Part shown: in pieces, positions 6,692-14,978 of the stretch
Layout: every line of letters begins with the position of its first letter
Position numbering within the stretch: the stretch's first letter is position 1
Assembly (NCBI GenBank): GCA_903847495.1
Contig: CAINDT010000349.1
Location: 1 to 45,657 of the forward strand
Direction of reading: 5' to 3'
Origin: an uncultured Actinomycetes bacterium
GTDB taxonomy: Bacteria; Actinomycetota; Thermoleophilia; Gaiellales; F1-60-MAGs149
Length of the DNA: 45,657 nt
Position numbers and translations under genes: made by a program
Notes under the pieces: generated by a model
Databases searched by the model: none
What the model was told of the DNA's origin: nothing
Seen by the model: the letters and a program-made list of their open reading frames with translations, nothing else

Positions 6692-7557
6692 CGTGTCGGG
6701 CCATTGGTACTCCTCCGGCTTTCGGAAACGTCGATCAGTTCCCTCCACTCGTCGCTCGATATACCGTGGTTCAAAGCTTCCCTCGCGTCCTTCATCCCCC
6801 TGGGGGGCAGGATCATCTCGACTCGCCGGACCGATCCACGAAGCGTCTGGATCAAACTCTCCGCGCCGGCCACCCCGACCTCGTCCGCGTCCGCGACCAC
6901 GATCACTCGCATGCCAATGCACCATCGCTTGATCTCCTTCTCGCTGCCCCTGCACGATGGGCGACCGATGGCATTGAGCCCGATGTCGAGCATCGCGGCA
7001 ACGTCGGTCGGACCCTCCACGATCCACACTTCCTCATCCAGGCCACGGCGCCTGCCTTCGGGGACGAACAACCCGGCTCGCGATCCCTTGATCGCGAGCT
7101 TGCGACCGTCGGACGTTCGCGTGCGGAACCCGCAGATCTGCTCGCGGTGATTGCGCATCGGGAACGTCCAGAGCCCGTTCCATCCGCAGCCTAGGCGCTC
7201 GAGGGAACGGACCGACAGCCCCAGGTCGAAAGCGAGGATCGCCACGCGGTCGTCGCATCTCGAGGTGAACTTCTCCTGCATCGCCATCGCGCCCTCGAGG
7301 GGCATGACCTCGTCCGGAGGACGCTGGAAGCTCGCTTGCCACTTCGGAACCTCGCCTCCAACCATGTCGTGCAGCCAGCCGGCATCGCCGATCTTCCTGC
7401 CACCCTGCGTCCGTGGGCAGATCGCGAGACCGCGGACGCCGTCGAACAGGCACCATGTGTCGTGCTTGCAGATGGGACACGGCGTCCCCCGGTTGACGCG
7501 AATGCCGTCGAAGCACACTTCTCCAGTGCGCGTGTCGGCGAGAACGAACTGGCTCAT
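6688..7557 (-). CDS. Zinc-finger/Toprim DNA primase-like protein, 289 aa
   Basis: Zn motif CPICKHDTWC...CPR. Toprim motifs IVEGPTDVAAM and VVADADEVG. ATG at 7557 in an ATGA overlap. Confidence 0.8.
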   Translation of the reverse strand: MSQFVLADTRTGEVCFDGIRVNRGTPCPICKHDTWCLFDGVRGLAICPRTQGGRKIGDAGWLHDMVGGEVPKWQASFQRPPDEVMPLEGAMAMQEKFTSRCDDRVAILAFDLGLSVRSLERLGCGWNGLWTFPMRNHREQICGFRTRTSDGRKLAIKGSRAGLFVPEGRRRGLDEEVWIVEGPTDVAAMLDIGLNAIGRPSCRGSEKEIKRWCIGMRVIVVADADEVGVAGAESLIQTLRGSVRRVEMILPPRGMKDAREALNHGISSDEWRELIDVSESRRSTNGPTR

Positions 7558-7820
7558 TCGTCCTCCTCGTCGTCGCGGTCGGCGATGACCAGCGGACCGT
7601 TCTTGATGCCTGCGCCGGCGACGTTGAAGTCGACCCACTCGCAGGCTTCCTCGTGCGTCATGCCCTGGCCGACGAACACGTCGACGAGCTTGGCGTACGA
7701 GTAGACAACCTGCCCGGTCGAGTTGGTGCAGTTGGTCACGCCGATGATGGCGTCGTCGCAGCCATCGAACAGGATCGTGTCCTCGCCGAACGAATCGGCA
7801 ATGCGTTCCCTGACCGTCAT
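7554..7820 (-). CDS. Hypothetical protein, 88 aa
   Basis: ATG at 7820 in a TGATG junction. Product MTVRERIADSFGEDTILFDGCDDAIIG... with an acidic tail. Confidence 0.65.
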   Translation of the reverse strand: MTVRERIADSFGEDTILFDGCDDAIIGVTNCTNSTGQVVYSYAKLVDVFVGQGMTHEEACEWVDFNVAGAGIKNGPLVIADRDDEEDE

Positions 7821-8068
7821 CACGATTTCTCCATGCGGTTGCAGATGTCGAGAACGCACTGGAGATCCGTCTTGAGCAGTTCGATCTCGGAGAGCACCTG
7901 CCAGTCGGTTCCGATCAAGACCTCGACCGTCATGGTCGGGTGGACGACTTCACCGTGATCGGGAAACTCGAAGCACACGCGGGTGGTCAGCCGTTCCTTC
8001 GACTTGACCACCGACTTCGCCGTGCCTTGCCGGATCGATACGTCGCTGTTGCAAGTGAGAACCATCAT
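7820..8068 (-). CDS. Hypothetical protein, 82 aa
   Basis: ATG at 8068 in an ATGA overlap. Product MMVLTCNSDVSIRQGTAKS... Confidence 0.6.
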   Translation of the reverse strand: MMVLTCNSDVSIRQGTAKSVVKSKERLTTRVCFEFPDHGEVVHPTMTVEVLIGTDWQVLSEIELLKTDLQCVLDICNRMEKS

Positions 8069-8280
8069 GCTTCCCTCCTGATCTTCTTCATCTTGCGCAC
8101 GATGCGGATGCGCTCCTGGTAGTCGCAGTACTCCTCTGCCCATCTGATGGCCCTGCCCTCCATCGCGCACGACGGGTTGACCCGGCGCATGATGGAAAGG
8201 AGCCCGCGCCTGACCATGAGGCTGAAGGCCGGTTTGCGCAGCTTGCCCTGCGGCGTGTTGCGTGGTGGATTCCTATTCAC
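8065..8280 (-). CDS. Basic hypothetical protein, 71 aa
   Basis: GTG at 8280 in a GTGA overlap. Product VNRNPPRNTPQGKLRKPAFSLMVRRG... Confidence 0.5.
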   Translation of the reverse strand: MNRNPPRNTPQGKLRKPAFSLMVRRGLLSIMRRVNPSCAMEGRAIRWAEEYCDYQERIRIVRKMKKIRREA

Positions 8281-8462
8281 TTGCGCACCGCCTTCTTCAT
8301 GTCCTCGAGCGACACCAGCCACTCGATGGGTATCCAGAACGGCCAAGCATCCTCGATCAGCTTGCCTGCCTTCGTGACCGGCTCGCAGAGCACGACCTGC
8401 CTTCCGACAACCTCGCGACTCTCATCCATTGCCCTGACGCGCAGGTAGAAGATGTCATCCAT
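8277..8462 (-). CDS. Hypothetical protein, 61 aa
   Basis: Track ORF. The ATG at 8462 overlaps the upstream stop by 8 nt (ATGGATGA). Confidence 0.6.
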   Translation of the reverse strand: MDDIFYLRVRAMDESREVVGRQVVLCEPVTKAGKLIEDAWPFWIPIEWLVSLEDMKKAVRK

Positions 8463-8631
8463 TTGGAGTTCCCGGAGATTGCAATCCGAACAAACTGGTT
8501 GGCATTGATGTGCCTAGTTCCGCGCGCAGCTGGCGTATCTCCTCGATTGCGCGATCGATTTTCCCGTGGACTTCAGCGGGAGGATCATTGAACACGCTGA
8601 TCGACTCGAGTTCTTCGATGATGTCCTTCAC
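8455..8631 (-). CDS. Hypothetical protein, 58 aa, carrying an EEIRQLRAEL motif
   Basis: Hand translation from GTG at 8631 (GTGA overlap): VKDIIEELESISVFNDPPAEVHGKIDRAIEEIRQLRAELGTSMPTSLFGLQSPGTPNG. Too short for the ORF track. Confidence 0.5.
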   Translation of the reverse strand: MKDIIEELESISVFNDPPAEVHGKIDRAIEEIRQLRAELGTSMPTSLFGLQSPGTPNG

Positions 8632-9017
8632 TGCGACTCCCTTGCCTCGAACTCCTGCAACTGGTGCAGCAGACGATTGCAGCGATCGCGCAGCCGCTCG
8701 GCCTCCGCGCAGAACTGCGTAGTGGTCTGATCGCGGGCGCAGCCGCCGGCGCGCAGCCGAGTGACCTCACCGCGCAGCCTAGCGCGGTCGTTGACGAGCC
8801 TTTGCAGAGCGCGGTGAGATTCCATGTCGTTGAACTCGCACCAGTTCAGAAGGCTGTCGAGATGCGCAGCATCGGCGTTGGAAACCCATGAGTCTGCATC
8901 GCTGACCTGACCGAGTTCACGCCGCAGCCGTTCGATCTCGTCGGCGGCTTCGCGGCATAGTTCGCCATGCGGAACGCAAGTGCAATCACGCAGCCGCGCC
9001 ACGATGGCATTGGTCAT
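8628..9017 (-). CDS. Hypothetical protein, 129 aa, carrying an ADEIERLRREL motif
   Basis: ATG at 9017 in an ATGA overlap. Product MTNAIVARLRDCTCVPHGELCREAADEIERLRRELGQV... Confidence 0.65.
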   Translation of the reverse strand: MTNAIVARLRDCTCVPHGELCREAADEIERLRRELGQVSDADSWVSNADAAHLDSLLNWCEFNDMESHRALQRLVNDRARLRGEVTRLRAGGCARDQTTTQFCAEAERLRDRCNRLLHQLQEFEARESQ

Positions 9018-9298
9018 CTTTCCTCCTTGAAGCAGTCCCAGCCAAGCCGTTCCGCAATGCCAGCCGCGCCGCGAGCGCCATTCCATCCGAAAGGATGCCC
9101 CTCCACTTCAAACAACTCTACACACAGCCTTCGTCTCGCCTCGTCGCGTTCACGGCGCAGCCGCTCGATCTCGTCGGCGGCGATGAGGTTGAACGATGTC
9201 AACTCAAATCCCATCTGCGGCATACCGAACGAGTTGAGCCTGCTGGTGGGGCGATAGAAGGATTCGCGGCGCAGCGTGGTCACGATGTCATCGGTCAT
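9014..9298 (-). CDS. Hypothetical protein, 94 aa, carrying an ADEIERLRRE motif
   Basis: ATG at 9298 (MTDDIVTTLRRESFYRP...). Shares a 31-bp DNA repeat with the next gene (9150-9180 vs 8917-8947, 2 mismatches). Confidence 0.6.
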   Translation of the reverse strand: MTDDIVTTLRRESFYRPTSRLNSFGMPQMGFELTSFNLIAADEIERLRRERDEARRRLCVELFEVEGHPFGWNGARGAAGIAERLGWDCFKEER

Positions 9299-9416
9299 CG
9301 TCGTCTCTCCCAAGTTCCCGCAAAGTGTTCCATGTGCCGACGAGGTATCCGAACGCAAACAGGACGAATGCCTGAAAGAAACAGAACGCCAGCCACGCGA
9401 TTGGTGTGTCACTCAT
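9288..9416 (-). CDS. Candidate 42-aa single-pass membrane micro-protein
   Basis: Hand translation: MSDTPIAWLAFCFFQAFVLFAFGYLVGTWNTLRELGRDDDDR. Overlaps both neighbouring genes. Confidence 0.4.
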   Translation of the reverse strand: MSDTPIAWLAFCFFQAFVLFAFGYLVGTWNTLRELGRDDDDR

Positions 9417-9501
9417 ATTGAGCCCTCGCGCAGAGGTAGCAGTCGCCGTGAGCGTTGACGTTCTCGTCGTGCTCGCATCCGCAGAGACTGCACTTGTTCA
9501 C
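9409..9501 (-). CDS. Candidate 30-aa Cys-rich micro-protein
   Basis: GTG at 9501 in a GTGA overlap. Product VNKCSLCGCEHDENVNAHGDCYLCARAQYE (CxxCxC...CxxC). Confidence 0.4.
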   Translation of the reverse strand: MNKCSLCGCEHDENVNAHGDCYLCARAQYE

Positions 9502-10007
9502 TGGACCCCCACGAGACACGGGACGATCTTGGTGAACCCGAGGTCGCCGACGAGGTTGAGCCCCGGAACATCGCCCGCGTACACCGCGGTCTCGAGAGTC
9601 CACGTCGCCGTGATCTCATCGACGGCGCGGATCTCGCTCGCGAGATCGGAGTGGACCTCGAACACCAGCGTGCCGATGATGTCGTCGTCGACAAGCGTCG
9701 GGTTGGTGGCGCCCGTCAGTGGACCGAGCCACATGAAGTAGCCCGTGCCATCGTCGAGAGGGCTGTTGATGTGGTAGAAGTCCCACGGCTGCGCAGGGAG
9801 CGGCGGGATGCCAGGCACGCCGGCGACCGTGCGACCGACGGTCATGCGCGACAGGTCGCAGTCCACGAGCGTCAATCTCTTCGGATGCCAGGTGAACGCG
9901 ATGTCGGCTGCGTGGACCCAGATGGGATCCTCGGAGCGCAGCACGATGTCGACGGCCACGGTGCGAGTGAAGCAGTCGTAGTTCGGCACGAATGCGATGT
10001 CGATCAC
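9498..10007 (-). CDS. Hypothetical beta-rich protein, 169 aa
   Basis: Track ORF. GTG start in a GTGA overlap. The pattern VAVDIVLRSEDPIWVHAADIAFTWHPKRLTLVDCD loosely recalls cohesin-type beta sandwiches (weak impression only). Confidence 0.65.
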   Translation of the reverse strand: MIDIAFVPNYDCFTRTVAVDIVLRSEDPIWVHAADIAFTWHPKRLTLVDCDLSRMTVGRTVAGVPGIPPLPAQPWDFYHINSPLDDGTGYFMWLGPLTGATNPTLVDDDIIGTLVFEVHSDLASEIRAVDEITATWTLETAVYAGDVPGLNLVGDLGFTKIVPCLVGVQ

Positions 10008-10228
10008 TTGTCAACCTCCGTTCCATTCGGTCCCCACTTCTCGATGGCGACCTCGTTGAGCATGCAAAGCGCGGCAGAACCGCAGACGATCTGCTGAAGC
10101 GTGCCGAGTGGATCGATCTCCACATTGAGCATGATCTCCTCCAAGCTGCGACCGGCATTGATCTCCTTCTCGCGGATGATGCGCATCGCGAGATGATGAT
10201 GAGTGTGCTTGTCTAGCTTGCGGATCAT
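10004..10228 (-). CDS. Hypothetical protein, 74 aa
   Basis: ATG at 10228 preceded by GGAGGTGAAGG. This is preferred to the track start at 10306, which would overlap the RHH gene by 53 nt. Confidence 0.6.
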   Translation of the reverse strand: MIRKLDKHTHHHLAMRIIREKEINAGRSLEEIMLNVEIDPLGTLQQIVCGSAALCMLNEVAIEKWGPNGTEVDK

Positions 10229-10253
10229 GTCCTTCACCTCCGCGATGAACTGA

Positions 10254-10493
10254 TCATTGCGCGCCACCGCCGCTGGGCTCGTTACCCATGTCACCCTGTC
10301 TTGCATTTCGTGGCTCCTTCTGCGCCGCGGGATAGTGCGTGAGGAGCGCAGTGATACCCATGCGGACCACGTCGGTCCTGCTGATCGTCGTCCCGAGTTT
10401 CCTCGAGAAGATCGCGGCTATCCGCTCGATTTCCGCATACGACTCGCGATCGATGGTCACCGCCGTGTGGGTGCGCTTCCGCTTCAATCCCAT
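10254..10493 (-). CDS. Ribbon-helix-helix (CopG/Arc-like) DNA-binding protein, 79 aa
   Basis: Pattern KRTHTAVTIDRESYAEIERIAAIFSRKLGTTISRTDVVRMGITALL. AGGAG lies before the ATG at 10493. Confidence 0.6.
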   Translation of the reverse strand: MGLKRKRTHTAVTIDRESYAEIERIAAIFSRKLGTTISRTDVVRMGITALLTHYPAAQKEPRNARQGDMGNEPSGGGAQ

Positions 10494-10515
10494 TGGCGAC
10501 TCCTATGTCCTGATG

Positions 10516-12192
10516 CTACGAGGGTTGCCGCATACTGTCAAGTACAGCACTCACCTGATCCATGCGGTTTGACTTCACCATGTCGATGACGGTCGACGCC
10601 GCGCGGCGGTCGAGCCGGCTGGGATCGATTCCGTGACGGCGCAGGAAGAACGCCTGCTTGTCGCTCGGCTTCGACATGAGCGCCTCGATGAGCTGCGATG
10701 CCCGACCGGTGTCAAGATCCATCGGAAGCCGCAGGCCGTTGCGCTCGAGCATGGACCGCTGCTTGTCGCTCGCGGGAATGCGGCGCTGCCACGCGGGGAT
10801 CGAGCGCGGCACGATGCCGAGAGCCTCGAACGGGTCGATCTCCTGCGACGTGAACCGGGCGCGACCGACGATGTGCGCGCGCCTCTTGGCCTCGAGCGCC
10901 TTGGCCTCGTCGGCCTCGGCCTTGTCGATCTCGGCGAGCACGTCGATCTCCTCATCGACGGCGTCCTTCTCTGCCTTGCGCGCGTATCGCTTGGCGACCT
11001 TCTCGTCCATGTCGCCGCCGAGGATGTCGCCGGCGTGGACGAGCGTGTGCCGTCCGCAGTTGCCGAGGAAGTCGAGTGCGAGGACGTGTCCCTTGTTGCT
11101 CATCTCGATCGCCGCCCTGCGCTCCGCGGAATCGTCGATGCCGTCGATGGTCCCCGGAAGCGTGCGCGTGCCGCGACCGAGCATCTGGCAGTACAGCGCG
11201 CGCGACTTGGTCGGACGCATCATGGCGATCACCTGCACGCCTCGACCGTCCATCGCGGGGTCGTCCCAGCCCTCGGTGGCGACGGCGACGTTGACTAGGT
11301 ACTGGAGCTTGCCCTCGCCGAACTCGCGGAACACGCGGGCGCGCTGCTCCTCCGGCGTTTTGCCACACACGATCTCCGCCCTGCCGGTCTGCATGCCGGG
11401 GCGGTTGATGATCTCGGCGATGCGCTCGGCGTGATGCACGGTCGCCGCGAACACCAGGGTGCGCCGGTCGCCGACGATGCGCACCATCGGAACCACCATC
11501 TCCTGCAACGACTTCTCGAGCGCCTCCTCGAGGTCGTTCAGCTGGAAGTCGCCGCCGCTCGTGCGCGCGCTCGAGAGATCGAGATGGTCGCAGGTGACGA
11601 AACGCTGCTTGATCGGCACGAGCCATCCGTCGCGGATGCCGTCGGCCACGTCGTACTCGAAGGCGACCGTTTCAAACACCCTGCCGAGCGCCTTGTTGTC
11701 GAGCCTGTCCGGAGTGGCGGTCACGCCGAGCAGGCGCGACTGCGGGTTCTTCATGTAGTGATCGATCACCCGTATGTACGAAGTGCTCACGGCATGGTGG
11801 CACTCGTCGACGACCACCATCCACGGGTGGTCGTTGCGAAAGCGGTGCATGCGGCGGTGCTCGCCGCGCCCTGCGTTCTGCGTCTGGATGCTCGAGACGA
11901 GCACGGGCGACCTGGTGAATCCATCCTCGACGGCGCGGTAGTCGCCCATCTCGATGTCCGGCTTGATGCCGGTCACGGCCTCGACCTTCGCCGCAGCCTG
12001 GTGGATGAGCTCCTCGCGATGCGCCAGAACGATCGCACGCCTCCCCGGCATGCGCAGCCCGAGCTCAATCGCCTTCGCAAAGATGACGGTCTTGCCTAGA
12101 CCAGTCGCCAGAACAGCGACGGTCGACCTGTTGGACGACAGCTTCTCGGCGATCCCCTCGACCGCCTTCTCCTGATAGGGTCTCAATTTCAT
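10516..12192 (-). CDS. SF2 DEAD/DEAH-box helicase, 558 aa
   Basis: Motifs LRPYQEKAV, ATGLGKT (Walker A), VVDECHH (motif II), GVTATPDR and QMLGRGTR. Two tandem C-terminal SDKQ repeats. Confidence 0.9.
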   Translation of the reverse strand: MKLRPYQEKAVEGIAEKLSSNRSTVAVLATGLGKTVIFAKAIELGLRMPGRRAIVLAHREELIHQAAAKVEAVTGIKPDIEMGDYRAVEDGFTRSPVLVSSIQTQNAGRGEHRRMHRFRNDHPWMVVVDECHHAVSTSYIRVIDHYMKNPQSRLLGVTATPDRLDNKALGRVFETVAFEYDVADGIRDGWLVPIKQRFVTCDHLDLSSARTSGGDFQLNDLEEALEKSLQEMVVPMVRIVGDRRTLVFAATVHHAERIAEIINRPGMQTGRAEIVCGKTPEEQRARVFREFGEGKLQYLVNVAVATEGWDDPAMDGRGVQVIAMMRPTKSRALYCQMLGRGTRTLPGTIDGIDDSAERRAAIEMSNKGHVLALDFLGNCGRHTLVHAGDILGGDMDEKVAKRYARKAEKDAVDEEIDVLAEIDKAEADEAKALEAKRRAHIVGRARFTSQEIDPFEALGIVPRSIPAWQRRIPASDKQRSMLERNGLRLPMDLDTGRASQLIEALMSKPSDKQAFFLRRHGIDPSRLDRRAASTVIDMVKSNRMDQVSAVLDSMRQPS

Positions 12193-12204
12193 GGGTGGCT
12201 CCGT

Positions 12205-12462
12205 TCATGGTTCCCCTGCTACTTCTCTCCAGTGCTCGCGGATCGTCTCGTCCAGCCTGTTCCACTTCTCCTCGAGCCTCGCCACGTCCTCCGGCGTCTC
12301 GCAAGTGACGGCGGAGATCATGCTGACGCTCGCGTCGGTGAAGTCCCTGCACAGACCGACCACGACGAGCCGCTTGACGTAGGCGGTGTTCTCGTCGAAC
12401 GGCAGTCCGCGCGTTTCGCACAGATACCGGTGGATGCGCCCGAGGATCGTCAGTGTCGTCAC
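12205..12462 (-). CDS. Hypothetical protein, about 85 aa (start uncertain)
   Basis: GTG at 12462 in a GTGA overlap (alternative ATG at 12504). The upstream part of the 185-aa track ORF is shadow. Confidence 0.45.
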   Translation of the reverse strand: MTTLTILGRIHRYLCETRGLPFDENTAYVKRLVVVGLCRDFTDASVSMISAVTCETPEDVARLEEKWNRLDETIREHWREVAGEP

Positions 12463-13193
12463 CTTGATGGCCTGTAGTGGTGGAGGCGGGTACCGTTCAT
12501 CCATCCGGTGTCGAAGCATTTGGCGCACCTCGCTCCAGAGCAGAGCGGGCAGACGCCCGCCGGCCTCGCGGCGTTGACATGGTCGCGGGCATCGCGGATG
12601 TGCTTCTGGAGGCTCGAGCCGCCCGTCAGCATCCACTGCTTCGCGCTGGTCCTCGAGAGCGCGTCGGCAATGTCCGACGCCCTTCGCAGGAGATCCCCGA
12701 GCTCGCGGAACATGGGCTTGACCTCGGTCATGTTCCGCTCGCCGTCGGTGAACTCGTTCCATTCCTCGTTGCCGTCATCGTCGCCGAACACATCGCCGAC
12801 CTCGATGTCGATCTCGCCAATTTCCCGTGCAGTCGGCATCCGCCCCTCGGCGGTCGCGCGCTGCACTGCGATGGTCCAGACCTCGGACCTGCGCGACTCG
12901 TCGGCGATGCGCGCGAGAGCCTCGGCCTGTGCGGCGTTCGCGGGCTTCGGCAGCTCGGCGGGGAGCGAGGCGAGAGCCCCGACTGCCCCGACGAGTTGCC
13001 GACCACGCGAGGCGCTGAACTGCCACCGTTCCTGGCAGTATTCCTCGAACGTCTCGTACTGCGCCCGGTAGAGACGGTTGGACTGGATCTCGGCGAGAGC
13101 CAGCCCTACCTCGACGAACGACCGCATGCCCTTGGAGACGATCTCCTCGAGCCGCTCGAGTCGGTTGATCTCGATCGTGGTCAGTTCGGTCAT
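12459..13193 (-). CDS. DNA-binding protein (DUF3102-like N-terminal region) with C-terminal zinc ribbon, 244 aa
   Basis: Contains EVGLALAEIQSNRLYRAQYETFEEYCQERWQFS and a C-terminal CPLCSGARCAKC. Confidence 0.65.
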   Translation of the reverse strand: MTELTTIEINRLERLEEIVSKGMRSFVEVGLALAEIQSNRLYRAQYETFEEYCQERWQFSASRGRQLVGAVGALASLPAELPKPANAAQAEALARIADESRRSEVWTIAVQRATAEGRMPTAREIGEIDIEVGDVFGDDDGNEEWNEFTDGERNMTEVKPMFRELGDLLRRASDIADALSRTSAKQWMLTGGSSLQKHIRDARDHVNAARPAGVCPLCSGARCAKCFDTGWMNGTRLHHYRPSR

Positions 13194-13197
13194 GGGA

Positions 13198-13231
13198 GGG
13201 AAAAACCCAGCCGCGCGACAAGCGCGGTGGG
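13198..13231 (-). terminator. Rho-independent terminator after the wHTH regulator gene
   Basis: On the minus strand: CCCACCGCGC, loop ttgtc, GCGCGGCTGGG, followed by TTTTTCCC. Confidence 0.6.
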
Positions 13232-13245
13232 TCGAGTGGAAAAGA

Positions 13246-13665
13246 TCACGAGGAAAGCTTCAGATTGGTCACGGCCTGCCGGTGGTTCTTGGCAGACCCC
13301 TTCCATCCGAAGTGTGGGTTCAGTCTATACATCTTGATCCCCTGATCAACCCGCCTGGTGATGATGCCAAAGTCAATCAGCCGCTTCAGACTGCGGTTGA
13401 AGTGACTTGCGGCGATGCCGATGTCGCGAGACATCTCCGACTGATTGATGGGGATCCCGTTGTCCCAGTCCATCTTGGCGAGGCAGATCAGCAACACCTT
13501 GAGGTCGGTACCCCGAAGGTCGCTGGCAGCAAGCTGAAGAAGAGCGGTCTGTGCCATCGCAAGCCATCCATTGAATGCATTGTGTCGCTTGGGAGTGATG
13601 AACGCCACGAGCCCGTCCATCACTTCGCCTGTTTCGACATCTACGTTCGCGATCCGTCGCTGCAT
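13246..13665 (-). CDS. Winged-helix transcriptional regulator, 139 aa
   Basis: AAGGAGGAAGG RBS before the ATG at 13665. HTH-like INQSEMSRDIGIAASHFNRSLKRLIDFGII. Flanked by operator-like repeats upstream and a terminator downstream. Confidence 0.7.
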   Translation of the reverse strand: MQRRIANVDVETGEVMDGLVAFITPKRHNAFNGWLAMAQTALLQLAASDLRGTDLKVLLICLAKMDWDNGIPINQSEMSRDIGIAASHFNRSLKRLIDFGIITRRVDQGIKMYRLNPHFGWKGSAKNHRQAVTNLKLSS

Positions 13666-13678
13666 ACAGCCTTCCTCC

Positions 13679-13716
13679 TTACCACTAATGGTAAGCGAAA
13701 TACCACTAATGGTAAG
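13679..13716. promoter_or_regulatory. Two palindromic operator-like sites TACCACTAATGGTA, 21 bp apart
   Basis: TACCACTAATGGTAAG at 13680-13695 and 13701-13716. Each contains TACCA-N4-TGGTA. They lie immediately upstream of the wHTH gene start. Confidence 0.5.
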
Positions 13717-13827
13717 TCGGGCTATCGCAAATGCCTATTTTTCCGCTGATTCCGAACGTCCCTTCTATATCTTGTAACGCCCTTATCGCGGAAACCTGCC
13801 CGACTACGGCTCATGGAAATCTCGGAA

Positions 13828-13877
13828 GACTACAGCAGTGTAGTCTGGGGACTACACCATGTAGTCTGGGGACTACA
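13828..13877. promoter_or_regulatory. Tandem palindromes GACTACA-N3/4-TGTAGTC x2 plus a third half-site, separated by TGGG
   Basis: Sites at 13828-13845, 13850-13866 and 13871-13877. The last overlaps the recT stop codon. Confidence 0.45.
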
Positions 13878-14757
13878 TCCTCGCCGGCTGCTTGGTCAGC
13901 CAGCCTCGGATGCGGTCCTTCCACGACTTCTCCCAGACGCTCATGTCCTCGGGCGCGTGGATCGGCGGATTCGCCCTCGCCATCGCCGCGATGAGATCCT
14001 GCAACGGGATGTTCTTCGCCGACAGAGCCTTCAGCAGAGCCGCCGACTCGGCCTTGGACAGGTACTCGGTCTTCGGGAGGGCGTCGGGATTGGCCTCTGC
14101 GGCCTCCGCGCGAATCGCCTCCTCCTCGGCCTGGTCGATGGCGGGATCGCCTTGGCGAGGCTCCTCCGCCGCCGGCAGGGCGTGGAAGGATGGCGCAGGC
14201 ACGTCCGAAGCCTGCGCCATCTCTTCCGCGCTGTACAACCCCGACAACTCGGCGGGGAAGGCTTTCCGCAAAGCGAGCATTTCGGCACACTTCGCGAGCA
14301 TCAAGGAGGGCATCCTCGGCCACTGGCCGGTGGGCTGGCCCTCCTTGTTGCGTGGGCAGTACTCGCTCCAGAGGGCGACCGCGTAGAGCGGGGCGACGAA
14401 CCCTCGGCGGCTGACGCCGACCTTGGCGGCGACGGGCGGCTTGTTCGACAGCCACACGTCCCTCCACTGGCCGTCCTCGCCGCACCACCACGGGCCGTCC
14501 TGACCGGCATACTCGCTCGACCGCTGCGCGACGAGGCGCGCGCCGTCGATCGAGACCTGGATCTGGCGGACCTCGCAGCGGAGACGGGTGTCCCAGCGCG
14601 GAACCGAGTAGATCTGCCGGGTGAACGGGTCGAGCCCAGTCTTCTCGGAGACGGCGATGAACAGCGCCAGCTCGTCGGGAGTGGCGCCCTTGGCGATGGT
14701 GCGCGCGATCAGCTGCACCTGTTCCGGTCCGAACTTGCGGATGGCGAGCGCGCTCAT
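13873..14757 (-). CDS. recT: RecT-family single-strand annealing protein, 294 aa
   Basis: Motifs GLDPFTRQIY, QVSIDGARLVAQRS and MLAKCAEMLALRKAFP. ATGA overlap with the upstream gene. Confidence 0.88.
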   Translation of the reverse strand: MSALAIRKFGPEQVQLIARTIAKGATPDELALFIAVSEKTGLDPFTRQIYSVPRWDTRLRCEVRQIQVSIDGARLVAQRSSEYAGQDGPWWCGEDGQWRDVWLSNKPPVAAKVGVSRRGFVAPLYAVALWSEYCPRNKEGQPTGQWPRMPSLMLAKCAEMLALRKAFPAELSGLYSAEEMAQASDVPAPSFHALPAAEEPRQGDPAIDQAEEEAIRAEAAEANPDALPKTEYLSKAESAALLKALSAKNIPLQDLIAAMARANPPIHAPEDMSVWEKSWKDRIRGWLTKQPARM

Positions 14758-14978
14758 GCCTTCCTCCCCGTCGGCTTGAGGTCGACGTTCGCGCAGAACT
14801 CGGCGAGGATCTCGAGGTTCGGGTAGATCAGGTCGTTGCAGATGAGATCGTTGGCGTCATTCTCCTCCAACGACTTGACGGTGGCCTCGAGAGCCTTGAT
14901 CCGCGTCACAACGTCATTGGTGAGCTCGTTCCAATCGGCTTTCTTCAGCGTGGTCACGTTGGTCTTCAGAGTGCTCAT
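14754..14978 (-). CDS. Hypothetical protein, 74 aa
   Basis: ATG at 14978 in an ATGA overlap. Product MSTLKTNVTTLKKADWNELTNDVVTRIKALEATVKSLEEN... Confidence 0.55.
   Translation of the reverse strand: MSTLKTNVTTLKKADWNELTNDVVTRIKALEATVKSLEENDANDLICNDLIYPNLEILAEFCANVDLKPTGRKA

Noticed and set aside
13811-14491. Long Arg/Pro/Gly-rich ORFs on both strands. Examples: 13811..14491-, 16454..18007-, 30961..32742+, 33027..34556+, 41188..42426+, 43622..45154+, 40293..41345-.
   Set aside because: They overlap genes with clear family signatures. Their composition is typical of off-frame or antisense translation of GC-rich coding DNA, and they lack RBS or coupled starts. I treat them as shadow ORFs.
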